From the NCBI GenBank assembly GCA_965223705.1, contig OZ245015.1:1-64000 (forward strand): DNA of 64,000 nt, given 5' to 3'. The notes beneath the pieces are model-generated. The model had not been told where the DNA came from. It searched no databases and saw nothing but the letters and a program-made list of their open reading frames with translations. Shown here piece after piece: positions 37,985 through 47,460 of this stretch (the first letter of the stretch is position 1; every line of letters starts with the position of its first letter). The translations under genes and the position numbers were made by a program. This DNA is from Myxococcota bacterium (GTDB lineage Bacteria; Myxococcota_A; UBA9160; UBA6930).

Positions 37985-38822
37985 CAACCGGTTCGCGAAC
38001 GCGATTCTTCTCCTCCTGCTGTCAACCGCCGTTTCATGGCTGGCCACGGCCTGCGGCCCCAGATACGCCCGGGTCAAGGTTCAAGACTCGGGTGGGATCT
38101 CGATCAAGCTGCGCTCGCAAAAGGGCGTCGAGCGCGGCTTCGCGCATCCGGCGACGATCTCGGGAGCGCGACTCGCTCACATCCTCTCGTTCGTCGACGT
38201 CCGCGCTGAGAAAGACGGCCGAAAGCCGGCGGTTCATCTCGACTCGGTCTATCCCCTGGGCGAATCGCTGTCACGTGCGTTCGCGCGGGCCGAGTCCCAC
38301 CAGGAATTGGTCGTCGAAGTAACGCGCACCGAACGACGCCTCGGCCTGTTTACCGACAAACACCTGACGAGCTTCGTCACGTATCTCGAGGGTGATTCCC
38401 TCATCATCCATTGGTCCCGAGTGGACTGGCCGGTGCCCAAGCAACGCGAAGACGATTCCCTCGAGCCGTGGCCGAATAAACGGGTTCAGTCGTTTCGCGT
38501 TCTGCCTTCGGAGTACATCGCCGCGGTCGGCACCCAGGGCGTTTCTGTCGACTGGCGTGACAAGCGGTTCCGCCACGCGTCGAACCTGCGCTTCAGTGCC
38601 GGCGGCAAGCTGCGCCGAAAGCAAATGCTTCTCGACGCGGGAGGCGGTGCCGAGGTGGAAAACGAAGTGCGGAGTGACGAGCCGGTGTTGCCGAAGGGGC
38701 TGTCACCCGCGCAGCTCCGCGATCTTGCCGATCTCGAGGAAGCGCGACGCCAGGGTGAGGTTGCGGAAGCGGAGTATCACCGGCGACGGCGCGAGATTCT
38801 CGAAGCGGCTTCTGCGCCCTAA
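37971..38822 (+). CDS. Putative lipoprotein with C-terminal SHOCT-like domain
   Basis: Signal ending LATAC; C-terminal LRDLADLEEARRQGEVAEAEYHRRRREIL. Confidence 0.65.
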   Translation: MQSRSNRFANAILLLLLSTAVSWLATACGPRYARVKVQDSGGISIKLRSQKGVERGFAHPATISGARLAHILSFVDVRAEKDGRKPAVHLDSVYPLGESLSRAFARAESHQELVVEVTRTERRLGLFTDKHLTSFVTYLEGDSLIIHWSRVDWPVPKQREDDSLEPWPNKRVQSFRVLPSEYIAAVGTQGVSVDWRDKRFRHASNLRFSAGGKLRRKQMLLDAGGGAEVENEVRSDEPVLPKGLSPAQLRDLADLEEARRQGEVAEAEYHRRRREILEAASAP

Positions 38823-39316
38823 CGCGCCAGCTCGTCAAACAGCGCGCGCAGAGAGACGCGTTCGAGGCTGCCGTCGCCGCGCTCGCCTTCGATCTCGCGC
38901 AGCGCGTCCTCCCGCGGTCCCAGCTCGAGACAGTGCTCCGGCGGCAGCGTTTCGAGCGCCGGACCGTCTTCGTTGACCGGGCAGATATCTCGCCGTTCGA
39001 CGCGCGCGTCGTGATCGAGCCAGCGGAGCGGCAACCCTTGGGTGCGGCAAACGTAGGGGCGGCGCTCGTAGATCCGGCAGCGGCCGTCGCCGCCCAAGAA
39101 CGCACAAGCGCCCGGAGGATGCGGTGCCTGGCCCCGCAAACGGCCCGTGTTCGCCGCTCGAATTTCGTCCGCTTCGACTGTGAAGACCGTGATGTCATCT
39201 CGACAGCAGGACACGCAGCCGAGTTTGCAGCGAAGGCGACCCGCGTTACGCCGCTCGAGTTCCGCGACATCGGAATCGACACGGTCGTAGAAATCGGCGA
39301 GTCGCCCGCGGCTCAC
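38819..39316 (-). CDS. YkgJ-family cysteine-cluster (CxxCxxCC) protein
   Basis: CKLGCVSCC, CAFL...CRIYERRPYVCR. Confidence 0.85.
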   Translation of the reverse strand: MSRGRLADFYDRVDSDVAELERRNAGRLRCKLGCVSCCRDDITVFTVEADEIRAANTGRLRGQAPHPPGACAFLGGDGRCRIYERRPYVCRTQGLPLRWLDHDARVERRDICPVNEDGPALETLPPEHCLELGPREDALREIEGERGDGSLERVSLRALFDELAR

Positions 39317-39323
39317 AGTAGCC

Positions 39324-39848
39324 CTACAACAATCGGTCGTCGCTCGGTGAGGCCCCTTCCATCGCGAGGAGACGCCGCTTGAGCGGAAGACCGCCCCCAA
39401 AACCGCCGAGCTTTCCGCCGGCGGCGACAACTCGGTGACACGGAATCACCAACGGCAGCGGGTTCGCGCCGCTAGCTGCTCCGACCGCCCGCATCGCGCC
39501 GGGCTTTCCGATCGAGGAAGCGATTTCCCCGTAGGTCCGGGTCGCACCGTAGGGAATGGCTCGAAGCGCCGACCAGACTTCCCGCTGGAAGACCGTGCCG
39601 TAGAGCTCGAACTCGAGCTCGAAACCGTGGCGCTTGCCTTCCAGGAACTCCTGCACCTGGCGAATTGCGCCCCGATTGTGCGCATAGCCCTCTTCGATCG
39701 GCGCCGACGCCAAGTGCTGCGCGACGAACCCCTGGAAACCGCGCCCCGAGGCGCGAGGCAGACCGAGATAGATGAGTTTTCCGCAACAGCTCGCGGCCAA
39801 CATGCCGCCTTCCGATGTTTCGAAACGAGCCGTGTGGACGATCTCCAT
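39324..39848 (-). CDS. ogt: Methylated-DNA--protein-cysteine methyltransferase
   Basis: GTVFQREVW, IPYG.TRTYG, RAVG, PCHRVV active site. Confidence 0.93.
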   Translation of the reverse strand: MEIVHTARFETSEGGMLAASCCGKLIYLGLPRASGRGFQGFVAQHLASAPIEEGYAHNRGAIRQVQEFLEGKRHGFELEFELYGTVFQREVWSALRAIPYGATRTYGEIASSIGKPGAMRAVGAASGANPLPLVIPCHRVVAAGGKLGGFGGGLPLKRRLLAMEGASPSDDRLL

Positions 39849-39885
39849 GAGATCGCCACAATACCATGCTTGCGGAGGTTCCGGG

Positions 39886-40869
39886 TTGGCACACGTGTTG
39901 GTTACAGGCGGCGCTGGTTACATCGGGAGCCACGCACTGCGCGCGATCGTGGCGGCGGGGCATCGGGCGGTTGTCGTTGACGATCTACGCACCGGGCGGG
40001 CGGAGTTTGTCGGCGACGCCCCCCTCGAACGTTGCGACGTCGGTGACGCTGACGCGCTCGATCGAGTCTTTCGAAAGCACTCGTCGATCGACGGCATTCT
40101 CCACTTCGCGGCTTCGACGTCCGTTCCCGAATCGACCCGCGATCCGGTCGGCTATTACGACAACAACACCGTTGCGAGCCTCCGGCTACTCGACGTCGCA
40201 CGGCGCCACGGTGTGCGCGCCTTCGTGCTGTCTTCGACGGCGGCGGTGTACGGGAATCCGTCTCGCGTGCCGATCGACGAAGAAGCGGCTTGCGAGCCCA
40301 TCAATCCCTACGGCCGCTCGAAGCTCGTCTTCGAACAAATGCTCTCGGACGTCGGAGCGAGCGAACACCTCGCGTGGTGTGCGTTGCGCTACTTCAACGC
40401 GAGCGGTGCGGATCCCAACGGTGATTTGGGCGATTGTCGTCGCCCGGCATCGCATCTCGTACCGGCTGCTCTCGAAGCTGCGAGCGGCCTGCGCGAGAGA
40501 CTCGAGCTCTTCGGGACGGACTACCCGACGGCGGACGGAACCTGCATCCGCGACTATATCCACGTCAGCGATCTCGCGAGCGCACACGTACTGGCGCTCG
40601 AATCGCTGCTCGACGGCGGCGATTCCGGTGTCTTCAACTTGGGGACGGGGCGGGGCGCATCCAATCGCGAAGTCATCGAGACAGCCGCGCGCGTGTCGGG
40701 CCGCGCCGTTCCGATGGTCGAAGTGGGCCGTCGGCCCGGGGATCCCGCAGAACTCGTGGCAGATGCTTCGCGCTTCAAGCAGCGCTTCGGTTGGCAGCCT
40801 CGGCATTCATCGCTCGACGAAATCGTCGAAACGGCCTGGCGCTGGATGCGTGACGGCGGAACTCCCTAA
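39886..40869 (+). CDS. galE: UDP-glucose 4-epimerase
   Basis: TGGAGYIGSH, SSTAAVYG, YGRSK, LRYFN, RDYIHVSDLA. Confidence 0.92.
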   Translation: MAHVLVTGGAGYIGSHALRAIVAAGHRAVVVDDLRTGRAEFVGDAPLERCDVGDADALDRVFRKHSSIDGILHFAASTSVPESTRDPVGYYDNNTVASLRLLDVARRHGVRAFVLSSTAAVYGNPSRVPIDEEAACEPINPYGRSKLVFEQMLSDVGASEHLAWCALRYFNASGADPNGDLGDCRRPASHLVPAALEAASGLRERLELFGTDYPTADGTCIRDYIHVSDLASAHVLALESLLDGGDSGVFNLGTGRGASNREVIETAARVSGRAVPMVEVGRRPGDPAELVADASRFKQRFGWQPRHSSLDEIVETAWRWMRDGGTP

Positions 40870-40878
40870 CCGCTAAAT

Positions 40879-40935
40879 CGCCGCGCCCCTGCGCGGGGCG
40901 GCGTAGGCGGCGAAGCGGTTGCCCGCCTCGCCGCC
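40879..40935. terminator. Twin GC hairpins between convergent galE and histone-like gene
   Basis: Imperfect stem CGCCGCGCCCC...GGGGCGGCG and 8-bp stem GGCGGCGA...TCGCCGCC. Confidence 0.4.
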
Positions 40936-40955
40936 CAGCGATACCGCGGGGGCTT

Positions 40956-41447
40956 CTAGCGACGTGCGCGAGCGCGCGTCGTCTTTCGCCGGGCCGTGGT
41001 CGTCTTCCGCCGCGCGGTCTTCTTGCGCGCCGTAGCCTTCTTGCGCGTGGTCTTCTTGCGGGCGGTCGCCTTCTTTCGCGTCGCCTTCTTGCGACCGGTC
41101 GCTCGACGCGCGGTCTTCTTCCTCGCGGGCTTGCGGGTCGTCTTCTTGCGCGTGGTCTTCTTGCGCGCCGTGCTCTTGCGCCGCGTCGCCTTCTTGCGCG
41201 TCGCTTTCTTCCGACCCGTCCCGCGTCGCGCCATCTTCGTGCGCGCTACGTCACCGTCTTTGTCGATGAAGTAGAGCCAGCCCTCTTCGCGTTCGACTCC
41301 CGCCTTGGCGACGACTTCGCGTCGGCCTCGGCCGGGCTTCCCGCCTCCGCGCGCCATCGGCGCTCGACTCACGTGACCCTTCTTGTCGAGGTAATAGAGC
41401 CAACCCTTGGCTCGTCGGACACCGGTTTTCGCAACCTTTGTGGCCAT
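40956..41447 (-). CDS. Histone H1-like basic protein (duplicated N-terminal module plus K/R/A/T tail)
   Basis: Two roughly 32-aa repeats GWLY(Y/F)(L/I)DK.G.V.R..MAR followed by many KKATR/KKTTR units; AGGAG RBS. Confidence 0.85.
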   Translation of the reverse strand: MATKVAKTGVRRAKGWLYYLDKKGHVSRAPMARGGGKPGRGRREVVAKAGVEREEGWLYFIDKDGDVARTKMARRGTGRKKATRKKATRRKSTARKKTTRKKTTRKPARKKTARRATGRKKATRKKATARKKTTRKKATARKKTARRKTTTARRKTTRARARR

Positions 41448-41561
41448 TGGTTTCTCCTCGCTCGCTGTGCGGCGATCTCTTTTTCCACTCTGTTCGCAAC
41501 AAAGTCCGCTGGAGGGGTGGCGGACGCGGGGGGATCCCGTCGCTATCGACGGAATGGGCGG

Positions 41562-41590
41562 ATCATCGGTCGCTCCACCGACGGTGTCAA
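41562..41590 (-). promoter_or_regulatory. Sigma70-type promoter for the histone-like gene
   Basis: TTGACA-N17-GATGAT on the minus strand. Confidence 0.55.
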
Positions 41591-41605
41591 TGGTTTTCCG
41601 GAGCC

Positions 41606-42565
41606 TTACACCTCGGAGTTGCGACTCGCGCGAGCTTCCACAGCGTCGATGACGCGAGCGGGATAGTCGATGCCGTCGAGGCGCGTCATCTCTTGGATAC
41701 CCGTCGGGCTCGTCACGTTGATCTCGGTGAGACGGCCGCCGATCACGTCGATACCGACGAAGAACAACCCGTCGCGCCGCAGACTCGCCGCGATCCGCGA
41801 GACGATTCGGTGGTCGGCGTCGTCGAGTTCCGCCCGAGCGGCTCTGCCACCGACATGGAGGTTCGCTCGTGCCTCGCCCTCGGCGGGCACGCGCAACACG
41901 GCACCGAGCGGCTCTCCATCGAGGAGCAGGACGCGCTTGTCGCCCTCTTTCACCTCGGGCAGGAAGCGCTGGGCCATGGCCCGTCGCGTGCCGAAGGCGG
42001 TGCTTTGCTCGAGGAGGGATTGCAGGTTGGCGTCGCCGCGCCGCAGGACGAAGATGCCCTCGCCGCCGCGACCGTCGAGCGGCTTGATGATCATTTCTCC
42101 GCCGAGCTCATCGAGGAATCCGATCAATCGTTCGCGCGAAGACGTGACCAGGGTCTCGGCCATCAGCTCGGGGAAATGCAGCGCGTAGAGTTTTTCGTTG
42201 GAGGACAGAATGCCCTCGGGACGGTTCAGCACCGTCGCGCGGTGACACAGCGTGAGGATTTGCGTCGCTGTGACGTATTCCGCATCGACCGGCGGGTCTT
42301 TGCGTTGCCAGACCACATCCGCCGCATCATCCAGCACCACGTCCTCGGGGTCGCCCAGGGAGGCCGGCTTCCCGGCGACGCGCTGAAGCGCCATCGGATA
42401 GATTCGAGCCGTCGCGCGGCCTCCTTCGACGCCGAGATCGCCGGGGTCGGCGTAGTAGACCCGATGACCGCGCGACTGTGCTTCGATCGCTAATGCAAAG
42501 GTGGTGTCCGCGTCGATATCCATGATCGACGGCGGGTCCATGACGAAGACCAGTCGAAGCCCCAT
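41606..42565 (-). CDS. gshB: Glutathione synthetase
   Basis: FVMDP, DTTFAL, RKDPP, NEKL, KPLDGRGG, GDKRV, RANLHVGG, EINVTSPTG. Confidence 0.95.
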   Translation of the reverse strand: MGLRLVFVMDPPSIMDIDADTTFALAIEAQSRGHRVYYADPGDLGVEGGRATARIYPMALQRVAGKPASLGDPEDVVLDDAADVVWQRKDPPVDAEYVTATQILTLCHRATVLNRPEGILSSNEKLYALHFPELMAETLVTSSRERLIGFLDELGGEMIIKPLDGRGGEGIFVLRRGDANLQSLLEQSTAFGTRRAMAQRFLPEVKEGDKRVLLLDGEPLGAVLRVPAEGEARANLHVGGRAARAELDDADHRIVSRIAASLRRDGLFFVGIDVIGGRLTEINVTSPTGIQEMTRLDGIDYPARVIDAVEARASRNSEV

Positions 42566-42631
42566 GGGGTCAGTCGGTAGCGCACGCGCTGGGGCGTCGG
42601 CTACGGTCGCCCACCCCCGAGGAGTTTTCCT

Positions 42632-45112
42632 GTGGCTCGAGGCCGCTTCCGGGTCCTGCGTTTCCTTCTGATCGGCTGCTTCGCGGTGGGCACACTCGCC
42701 GTTGCGGGTGGTATTGCCCTCTATTTTGTCTTGTTGCGGGATCTACCGGATCTGGCCCCGCTCGAGGACTATCGCCCGGCCCTGACGAGCGTCGTCCTCG
42801 ACCGAAGCGGCCAAACGGTCGGCGAGTTCTACGAGCACCGGCGCAGGATCACCCCCTTGGCCGAGCTGCCGAACCATCTGATCCAGGCCTTTGTCGCCGC
42901 CGAAGACGACACGTTCTACGAACACGCCGGCGTCGATTACGTCTCCATCGCGCGCGCTGCGTGGGCAAACCTGCGCGCCGGAGGTGAGACTCGGCAAGGC
43001 GCGAGCACGATCACCCAGCAGATGGTGAAGCAGCTCCTGCTGTCCCCTGAGCGGACCTATCGCCGCAAGCTGCGCGAGATGATCCTCGCGAGGCGTATCG
43101 AGCAGCGCTTCAGCAAGGACGAAATCCTCTTCCTGTATCTGAACGAGATCTATTTCGGATCTGGGGCGTACGGGGTCGGCGAGGCCGCGCGGACGTACTT
43201 CGCCAAGGACGTGCGAACGATCACGGTGTCGGAGGCGGCGCTCCTCGCGGGCCTGCCCAAAGCTCCCGGGCGGAATTCTCCCTACCGCAACCCGGAGCGC
43301 GCCGAAGCGCGGCGTCGCTACGTCGTCGAGCGGATGTTCGAGGAGGGCTACATCGACGCTGCGACCTACGCGGTCGCCGAGGCGGAGCAACCCGAGCTCG
43401 CGGCACCTCCCGGCGAGAGCGATTTCGACGTAGCCGCGTACTTCGTCGAAGAAGTGCGACGCAGCCTCGTCGAGCAGCTGGGCAACGAAACGGTGCTCCG
43501 TGGAGGGCTCACCGTCGAGACGACGCTCGACCTCGATTTGCAGCGAGCGGCCGTGGGGTCGGTACAGGGCGGCCTGACGCAACTCGATCGTCGCCAGGGC
43601 TACGCGGGCCCCGTGCGTCGTGTCGAACTCGCGGACCGCGACGCAGAGCTCGAACGGCTGGCGCAGCAGAACGACCTCCTGAGTGTAGAAGGCGAGCTCC
43701 TCGCCGAGTTCCCCGAGCGCGAGGCTCTGCTCGGCCTGGTCCTAGGCGTCGACCGTCGATCGCAGACTGCGGAGATCGGATTCGCGCCGGGCTTCTACGG
43801 AACTGCGCACCTCGATGACGTCGCCTGGGCCCGTCCCCGCGATCTCAAGACGCGCGCTCGCGACATGAAAGCGATCGCCGAGATCTTTTCGGTCGGCGAC
43901 GTCGCGCACTTCCGGCCCGTTCCGAACCCGGACGAAGGTGACGACGCCCTTCGGGTCGCGCTGGTGCAGACACCGGAAGCCCAGGCGGCCCTGCTGTCGT
44001 TCGACCTCGAAAGCGGGGAAGTGCTCGCCATGGTCGGGGGCTACGACTTCGCGGCTTCGGAGTTCAACCGCGCGACCCAAGCCCTCCGCCAACCCGGCTC
44101 GGCATTCAAGCCGCTCATCTACGCCGCTGCGCTCCACCACGGCTATACGCCGGCTTCGATCCTCTACGACCGGCCCGTCGTCTACGAAGACAAGACGACA
44201 GGCTTCGTATGGCGTCCCGAGAACTACGGGCGCCGCTTTCTCGGGCCGCTCACCATGACCGAGGCATTGGCCCGCTCTGTCAACAACGCGACGATTCATC
44301 TGTTGCGCGACGTCGGTGTCAGCAAGGTGATTCGCTTCGCGCGACAACTCGGAATCGAGTCTCCTCTCACGAAAGACCTCTCCCTCGCGTTGGGCTCGAG
44401 CCCCGTGACGCTCCTCGAGCTGACCCGCGCGTACGCCGTGCTGGCCGCTTCCGGAAAGCGCGTGACGCCGCGTTTCGTGCGGCGTGTGCTCGATCGCGAC
44501 GGCGAGGTATTGCTCCAGAACTTGGAGCTCCGCGCCGGCGGGGACCCGCAGGCAGCCGACCGTCTCGATCGCGAGACCGTGGCCTTCGCAGGAGACGAGA
44601 CGGACCTCACCGCACCCGACGGTGAGGGTCGGATTCTGCAGGAGCAAGAGGCCTATCTCGCGGGGAGACTCGTTCGAGCGGTAGTGGATCATCCCCGAGG
44701 CACGGGACGGCGCGCGCGCGCGCTCGGTCGACCGCTCGGCGGAAAGACCGGCACGACCAACGACCAAGGCGACGCCTGGTTCGTCGGCTTTTCGCCCGAG
44801 ATCGTGACCGGCGTCTGGGTGGGATTCGATTCCAAACAAGTCTTGGGGGTCAGTGAGACCGGCGGACGCGCCGCGCTTCCGATTTGGCTCGACTACATGA
44901 AAGCCGCCCTCGCCAACCGCCCGGTTCGCGACTTCGCGATTCCCGAGGGCATCGTATTCGCGCGGGTCGACGCGAAGACCGGCGAGCTCGCCAGCAATCG
45001 CAGTGAAGCGACGGACTTTCTCGCGTTTATTTCCGGCACCGAGCCCCGGCGAGACCGCACGGCGGGCACGACCACCGCCGAGGATCGCCGCGGCCTCCGA
45101 AGCGACTTCTAG
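42632..45112 (+). CDS. mrcA: Penicillin-binding protein 1A
   Basis: TG motifs EDDTFYEH.G, GASTITQQ, RKLRE, LYLNEIYFG; TP motifs SAFK, SVN, KTG. Confidence 0.93.
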   Translation: MARGRFRVLRFLLIGCFAVGTLAVAGGIALYFVLLRDLPDLAPLEDYRPALTSVVLDRSGQTVGEFYEHRRRITPLAELPNHLIQAFVAAEDDTFYEHAGVDYVSIARAAWANLRAGGETRQGASTITQQMVKQLLLSPERTYRRKLREMILARRIEQRFSKDEILFLYLNEIYFGSGAYGVGEAARTYFAKDVRTITVSEAALLAGLPKAPGRNSPYRNPERAEARRRYVVERMFEEGYIDAATYAVAEAEQPELAAPPGESDFDVAAYFVEEVRRSLVEQLGNETVLRGGLTVETTLDLDLQRAAVGSVQGGLTQLDRRQGYAGPVRRVELADRDAELERLAQQNDLLSVEGELLAEFPEREALLGLVLGVDRRSQTAEIGFAPGFYGTAHLDDVAWARPRDLKTRARDMKAIAEIFSVGDVAHFRPVPNPDEGDDALRVALVQTPEAQAALLSFDLESGEVLAMVGGYDFAASEFNRATQALRQPGSAFKPLIYAAALHHGYTPASILYDRPVVYEDKTTGFVWRPENYGRRFLGPLTMTEALARSVNNATIHLLRDVGVSKVIRFARQLGIESPLTKDLSLALGSSPVTLLELTRAYAVLAASGKRVTPRFVRRVLDRDGEVLLQNLELRAGGDPQAADRLDRETVAFAGDETDLTAPDGEGRILQEQEAYLAGRLVRAVVDHPRGTGRRARALGRPLGGKTGTTNDQGDAWFVGFSPEIVTGVWVGFDSKQVLGVSETGGRAALPIWLDYMKAALANRPVRDFAIPEGIVFARVDAKTGELASNRSEATDFLAFISGTEPRRDRTAGTTTAEDRRGLRSDF

Positions 45113-45117
45113 GCCCC

Positions 45118-46257
45118 ATGGAAACCGGATCGACACACGGCGCAGAGATACACGCGGCCACTCTCTCGGGGCGGCTGGCGACGCTGCGGGAGAAGACGGC
45201 GATCGAGCACGTCGCGCTCCTCGTGTGCGAGTCCGCCGAAAGCGCACGAATCGTCGCGGCCGACGGCCCCGACCGAGAGTCGCGTACCCGCCCGGGCGCT
45301 TCGTTTCCGTTGCAAGCGGGCGCGCTCGCGAGCCGCGGGGCGCGCGACGTCTCCGATTTGGGAGACGAGGGGAAACCGCTCAAAGATTTAGGCTTTTCGG
45401 GCATCGCCTTCGTTGCACTCGGCATCGACGGGGAGCGCGTACTCCTCGCCGCCGGCGGTCCCTCGGGAAAGGCTTTGCGCCCGAGAGACCTCGCCGAACT
45501 CGACGCGCTGGCCAAGCAGCTGGCGCGCGACGCGTCGAGCGAAAGCCTTTCCGAAAAGCTTGAAGGACTCGACGAGCAAGTCCGCGAGCTCGATCGGTTG
45601 GCCGCCCTCGGAAGTCTCGTCGCGGAGATCGTCCACGAAATCCGGAACCCCTTGGTCTCCGTGAAAACCCTGCTCGAGCTCCTGCCCGAACAGGGAGACG
45701 ACCCCGAGCTCATCGAAGATTTCCTACCCGTCGCACTCGATGAAGTGCGCCGCGTCGAACGCCTCCTCGAGAACGTGCTGACCCACGCCCGGCCGAGTTC
45801 GCGATCCGGAAACGCCGCAGTCGGCGAGGCGATGACCTCCGTGGTCGGGCTTCTCTCTCAACGCGCGCGCGCGCGTGTCGTCGAACTCGAGAGCGACTGC
45901 GAGAAAACGTTGCCGCCGGCGAAGATCGACGACGACAGCCTGCGCCAGGTGCTCCTCAACCTGGCGATCAATGCGATCGACGCGTCGCCCGAAGGGGGGC
46001 GTGTTCGAATCGTCGCTCGCAGGGAGGGCGACCGGCTGACGATCGACGTGAGCGATGAGGGCCCGGGCGTTCCGAAGGCGTTGCGAGAAAAACTCTTCGA
46101 ACCGTTCTTCTCGACCAAGCGTGACGCCGCTGGCGGCCTCGGGCTCGCGATCTCGAAACGGCTGGCGGACGCGTGCGGCGGACAACTCTCGGTGCGAGAC
46201 GCGGACGGCGGCGGGGCGTGTTTCCGCTTGGAAGTCCCGGCTGCCACGTCGGCCTAG
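45118..46257 (+). CDS. Cytoplasmic sensor histidine kinase
   Basis: HEIRNPL, QVLLNLAINAIDA, DEGPG, FEPFFSTK, GLGL; no obvious TM segment. Confidence 0.9.
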   Translation: METGSTHGAEIHAATLSGRLATLREKTAIEHVALLVCESAESARIVAADGPDRESRTRPGASFPLQAGALASRGARDVSDLGDEGKPLKDLGFSGIAFVALGIDGERVLLAAGGPSGKALRPRDLAELDALAKQLARDASSESLSEKLEGLDEQVRELDRLAALGSLVAEIVHEIRNPLVSVKTLLELLPEQGDDPELIEDFLPVALDEVRRVERLLENVLTHARPSSRSGNAAVGEAMTSVVGLLSQRARARVVELESDCEKTLPPAKIDDDSLRQVLLNLAINAIDASPEGGRVRIVARREGDRLTIDVSDEGPGVPKALREKLFEPFFSTKRDAAGGLGLAISKRLADACGGQLSVRDADGGGACFRLEVPAATSA

Positions 46258-46313
46258 AAGCGCTCGAACCAGCGGCTGCCACGTCGGCCTAGAAGCGTTC
46301 GAACCAGCGGCTG
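46238..46313. repeat. 35-bp tandem duplication (1 mismatch) at a convergent gene junction
   Basis: CGGCTGCCACGTCGGCCTAGAAGCG(C/T)TCGAACCAG at 46238 and 46273, then CGGCTG. Confidence 0.93.
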
Positions 46314-46915
46314 GCAAACCGTCCGACGTCGGCCAACCCACTCGAAAAGAAATGATCCGCGCCTTCGATCACGTCGAGGGTCGCCTGGGCCGCACCCTCG
46401 CAGTGCGCCTCGAGATCTGCGAGGGCGGCGATGTCGTCGTCCTCGGCAGCGATGATCAAACACGGCGCCTCGAGATTGCGGATCGCGTCGTCCGGCAGAT
46501 ACATCGGCGGCGGCGCCACGAGGAGAATCCCGGTGACGCGAGGCTCGGTCGCGGCCGAGCGCAGCGCCGCGACCGAGCCAAAGGAATAGCCACCGACGAT
46601 GAGGTCCCCGTCGACCGTCTCCGCCAGATGCGCGAGAGCGGCGCGGTAATCCGCATCGGCGTGCTCGGCCTCGCCGCTCCGTTCCCCGGCGCTTGCGCCG
46701 ACACCGCGCCAGTTGAAGCGCAGCGACGCGAGTTCGTGCTTCCCTGCGGCATAGGCCACTTCATTCACCACGGGCGAGTCCATGCTGCCCCCGTACAAGG
46801 GGTGCGGCGGCGCCATCACAACACCGTGCGCCGACTTCCCAGACAGGAACAAACCCTCGAGAATCTCTCCCTCGCCGGCCGGGGCGATCGTCACCATTCG
46901 CTCATCGCTCGTCAT
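46289..46915 (-). CDS. Alpha/beta hydrolase
   Basis: PHPLYGGSMD, RFNWRGVG.S, GYSFG nucleophile elbow, GADHFF. Confidence 0.9.
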   Translation of the reverse strand: MTSDERMVTIAPAGEGEILEGLFLSGKSAHGVVMAPPHPLYGGSMDSPVVNEVAYAAGKHELASLRFNWRGVGASAGERSGEAEHADADYRAALAHLAETVDGDLIVGGYSFGSVAALRSAATEPRVTGILLVAPPPMYLPDDAIRNLEAPCLIIAAEDDDIAALADLEAHCEGAAQATLDVIEGADHFFSSGLADVGRFASRWFERF

Positions 46916-46941
46916 GTGTCTCTCCGGCTAAGCTCGCCTGT

Positions 46942-47460
46942 ATGAGTGAACGCGTAGCCTACCAGGGCCGGGTTCTGCAGGTCCTCGTCGAATCCGCTCG
47001 GCTGCCAAACGGCCGGGAAGTCGAGCTCGAGATGATTCACCACCCGGGCGCCTCTGCCGTCGTCCCGTTCGAGACGCCGGAAACCGTGCTTCTGATCCGG
47101 CAGTTCCGCCACGCGGCGGGGGGCGTGATCTGGGAAGTACCGGCGGGAAAACTCGAGGACGAAACACCGGCCGAGTGCGCGGCGCGAGAACTCGTCGAGG
47201 AAGCTGGACGATCGGCGGGCCGACTCGAAAGCCTCGGTAGCGTGCTCACCACGCCGGGATTCACGGACGAAGTCATCCATTTGTTCGCCGCTTACGACCT
47301 GACTCGAGTCGCGACGCAGCACGAAGAGGACGAGTGCATCGAGGTCGTGGCGACCCCGCTCCGCGAAGCCCTCGAGCTCGTCTGGCGGGGCGAGCTGCGC
47401 GATGCGAAAAGTGCCCTCGCGTTGATCCACGCAGCACGGCGCGCGGGGTGCCTTTCGTGA
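46942..47460 (+). CDS. NUDIX hydrolase (ADP-ribose pyrophosphatase-like)
   Basis: HPGASAV, RQFR, EVPAGKLE...AARELVEEAG, DAKS. Confidence 0.9.
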   Translation: MSERVAYQGRVLQVLVESARLPNGREVELEMIHHPGASAVVPFETPETVLLIRQFRHAAGGVIWEVPAGKLEDETPAECAARELVEEAGRSAGRLESLGSVLTTPGFTDEVIHLFAAYDLTRVATQHEEDECIEVVATPLREALELVWRGELRDAKSALALIHAARRAGCLS

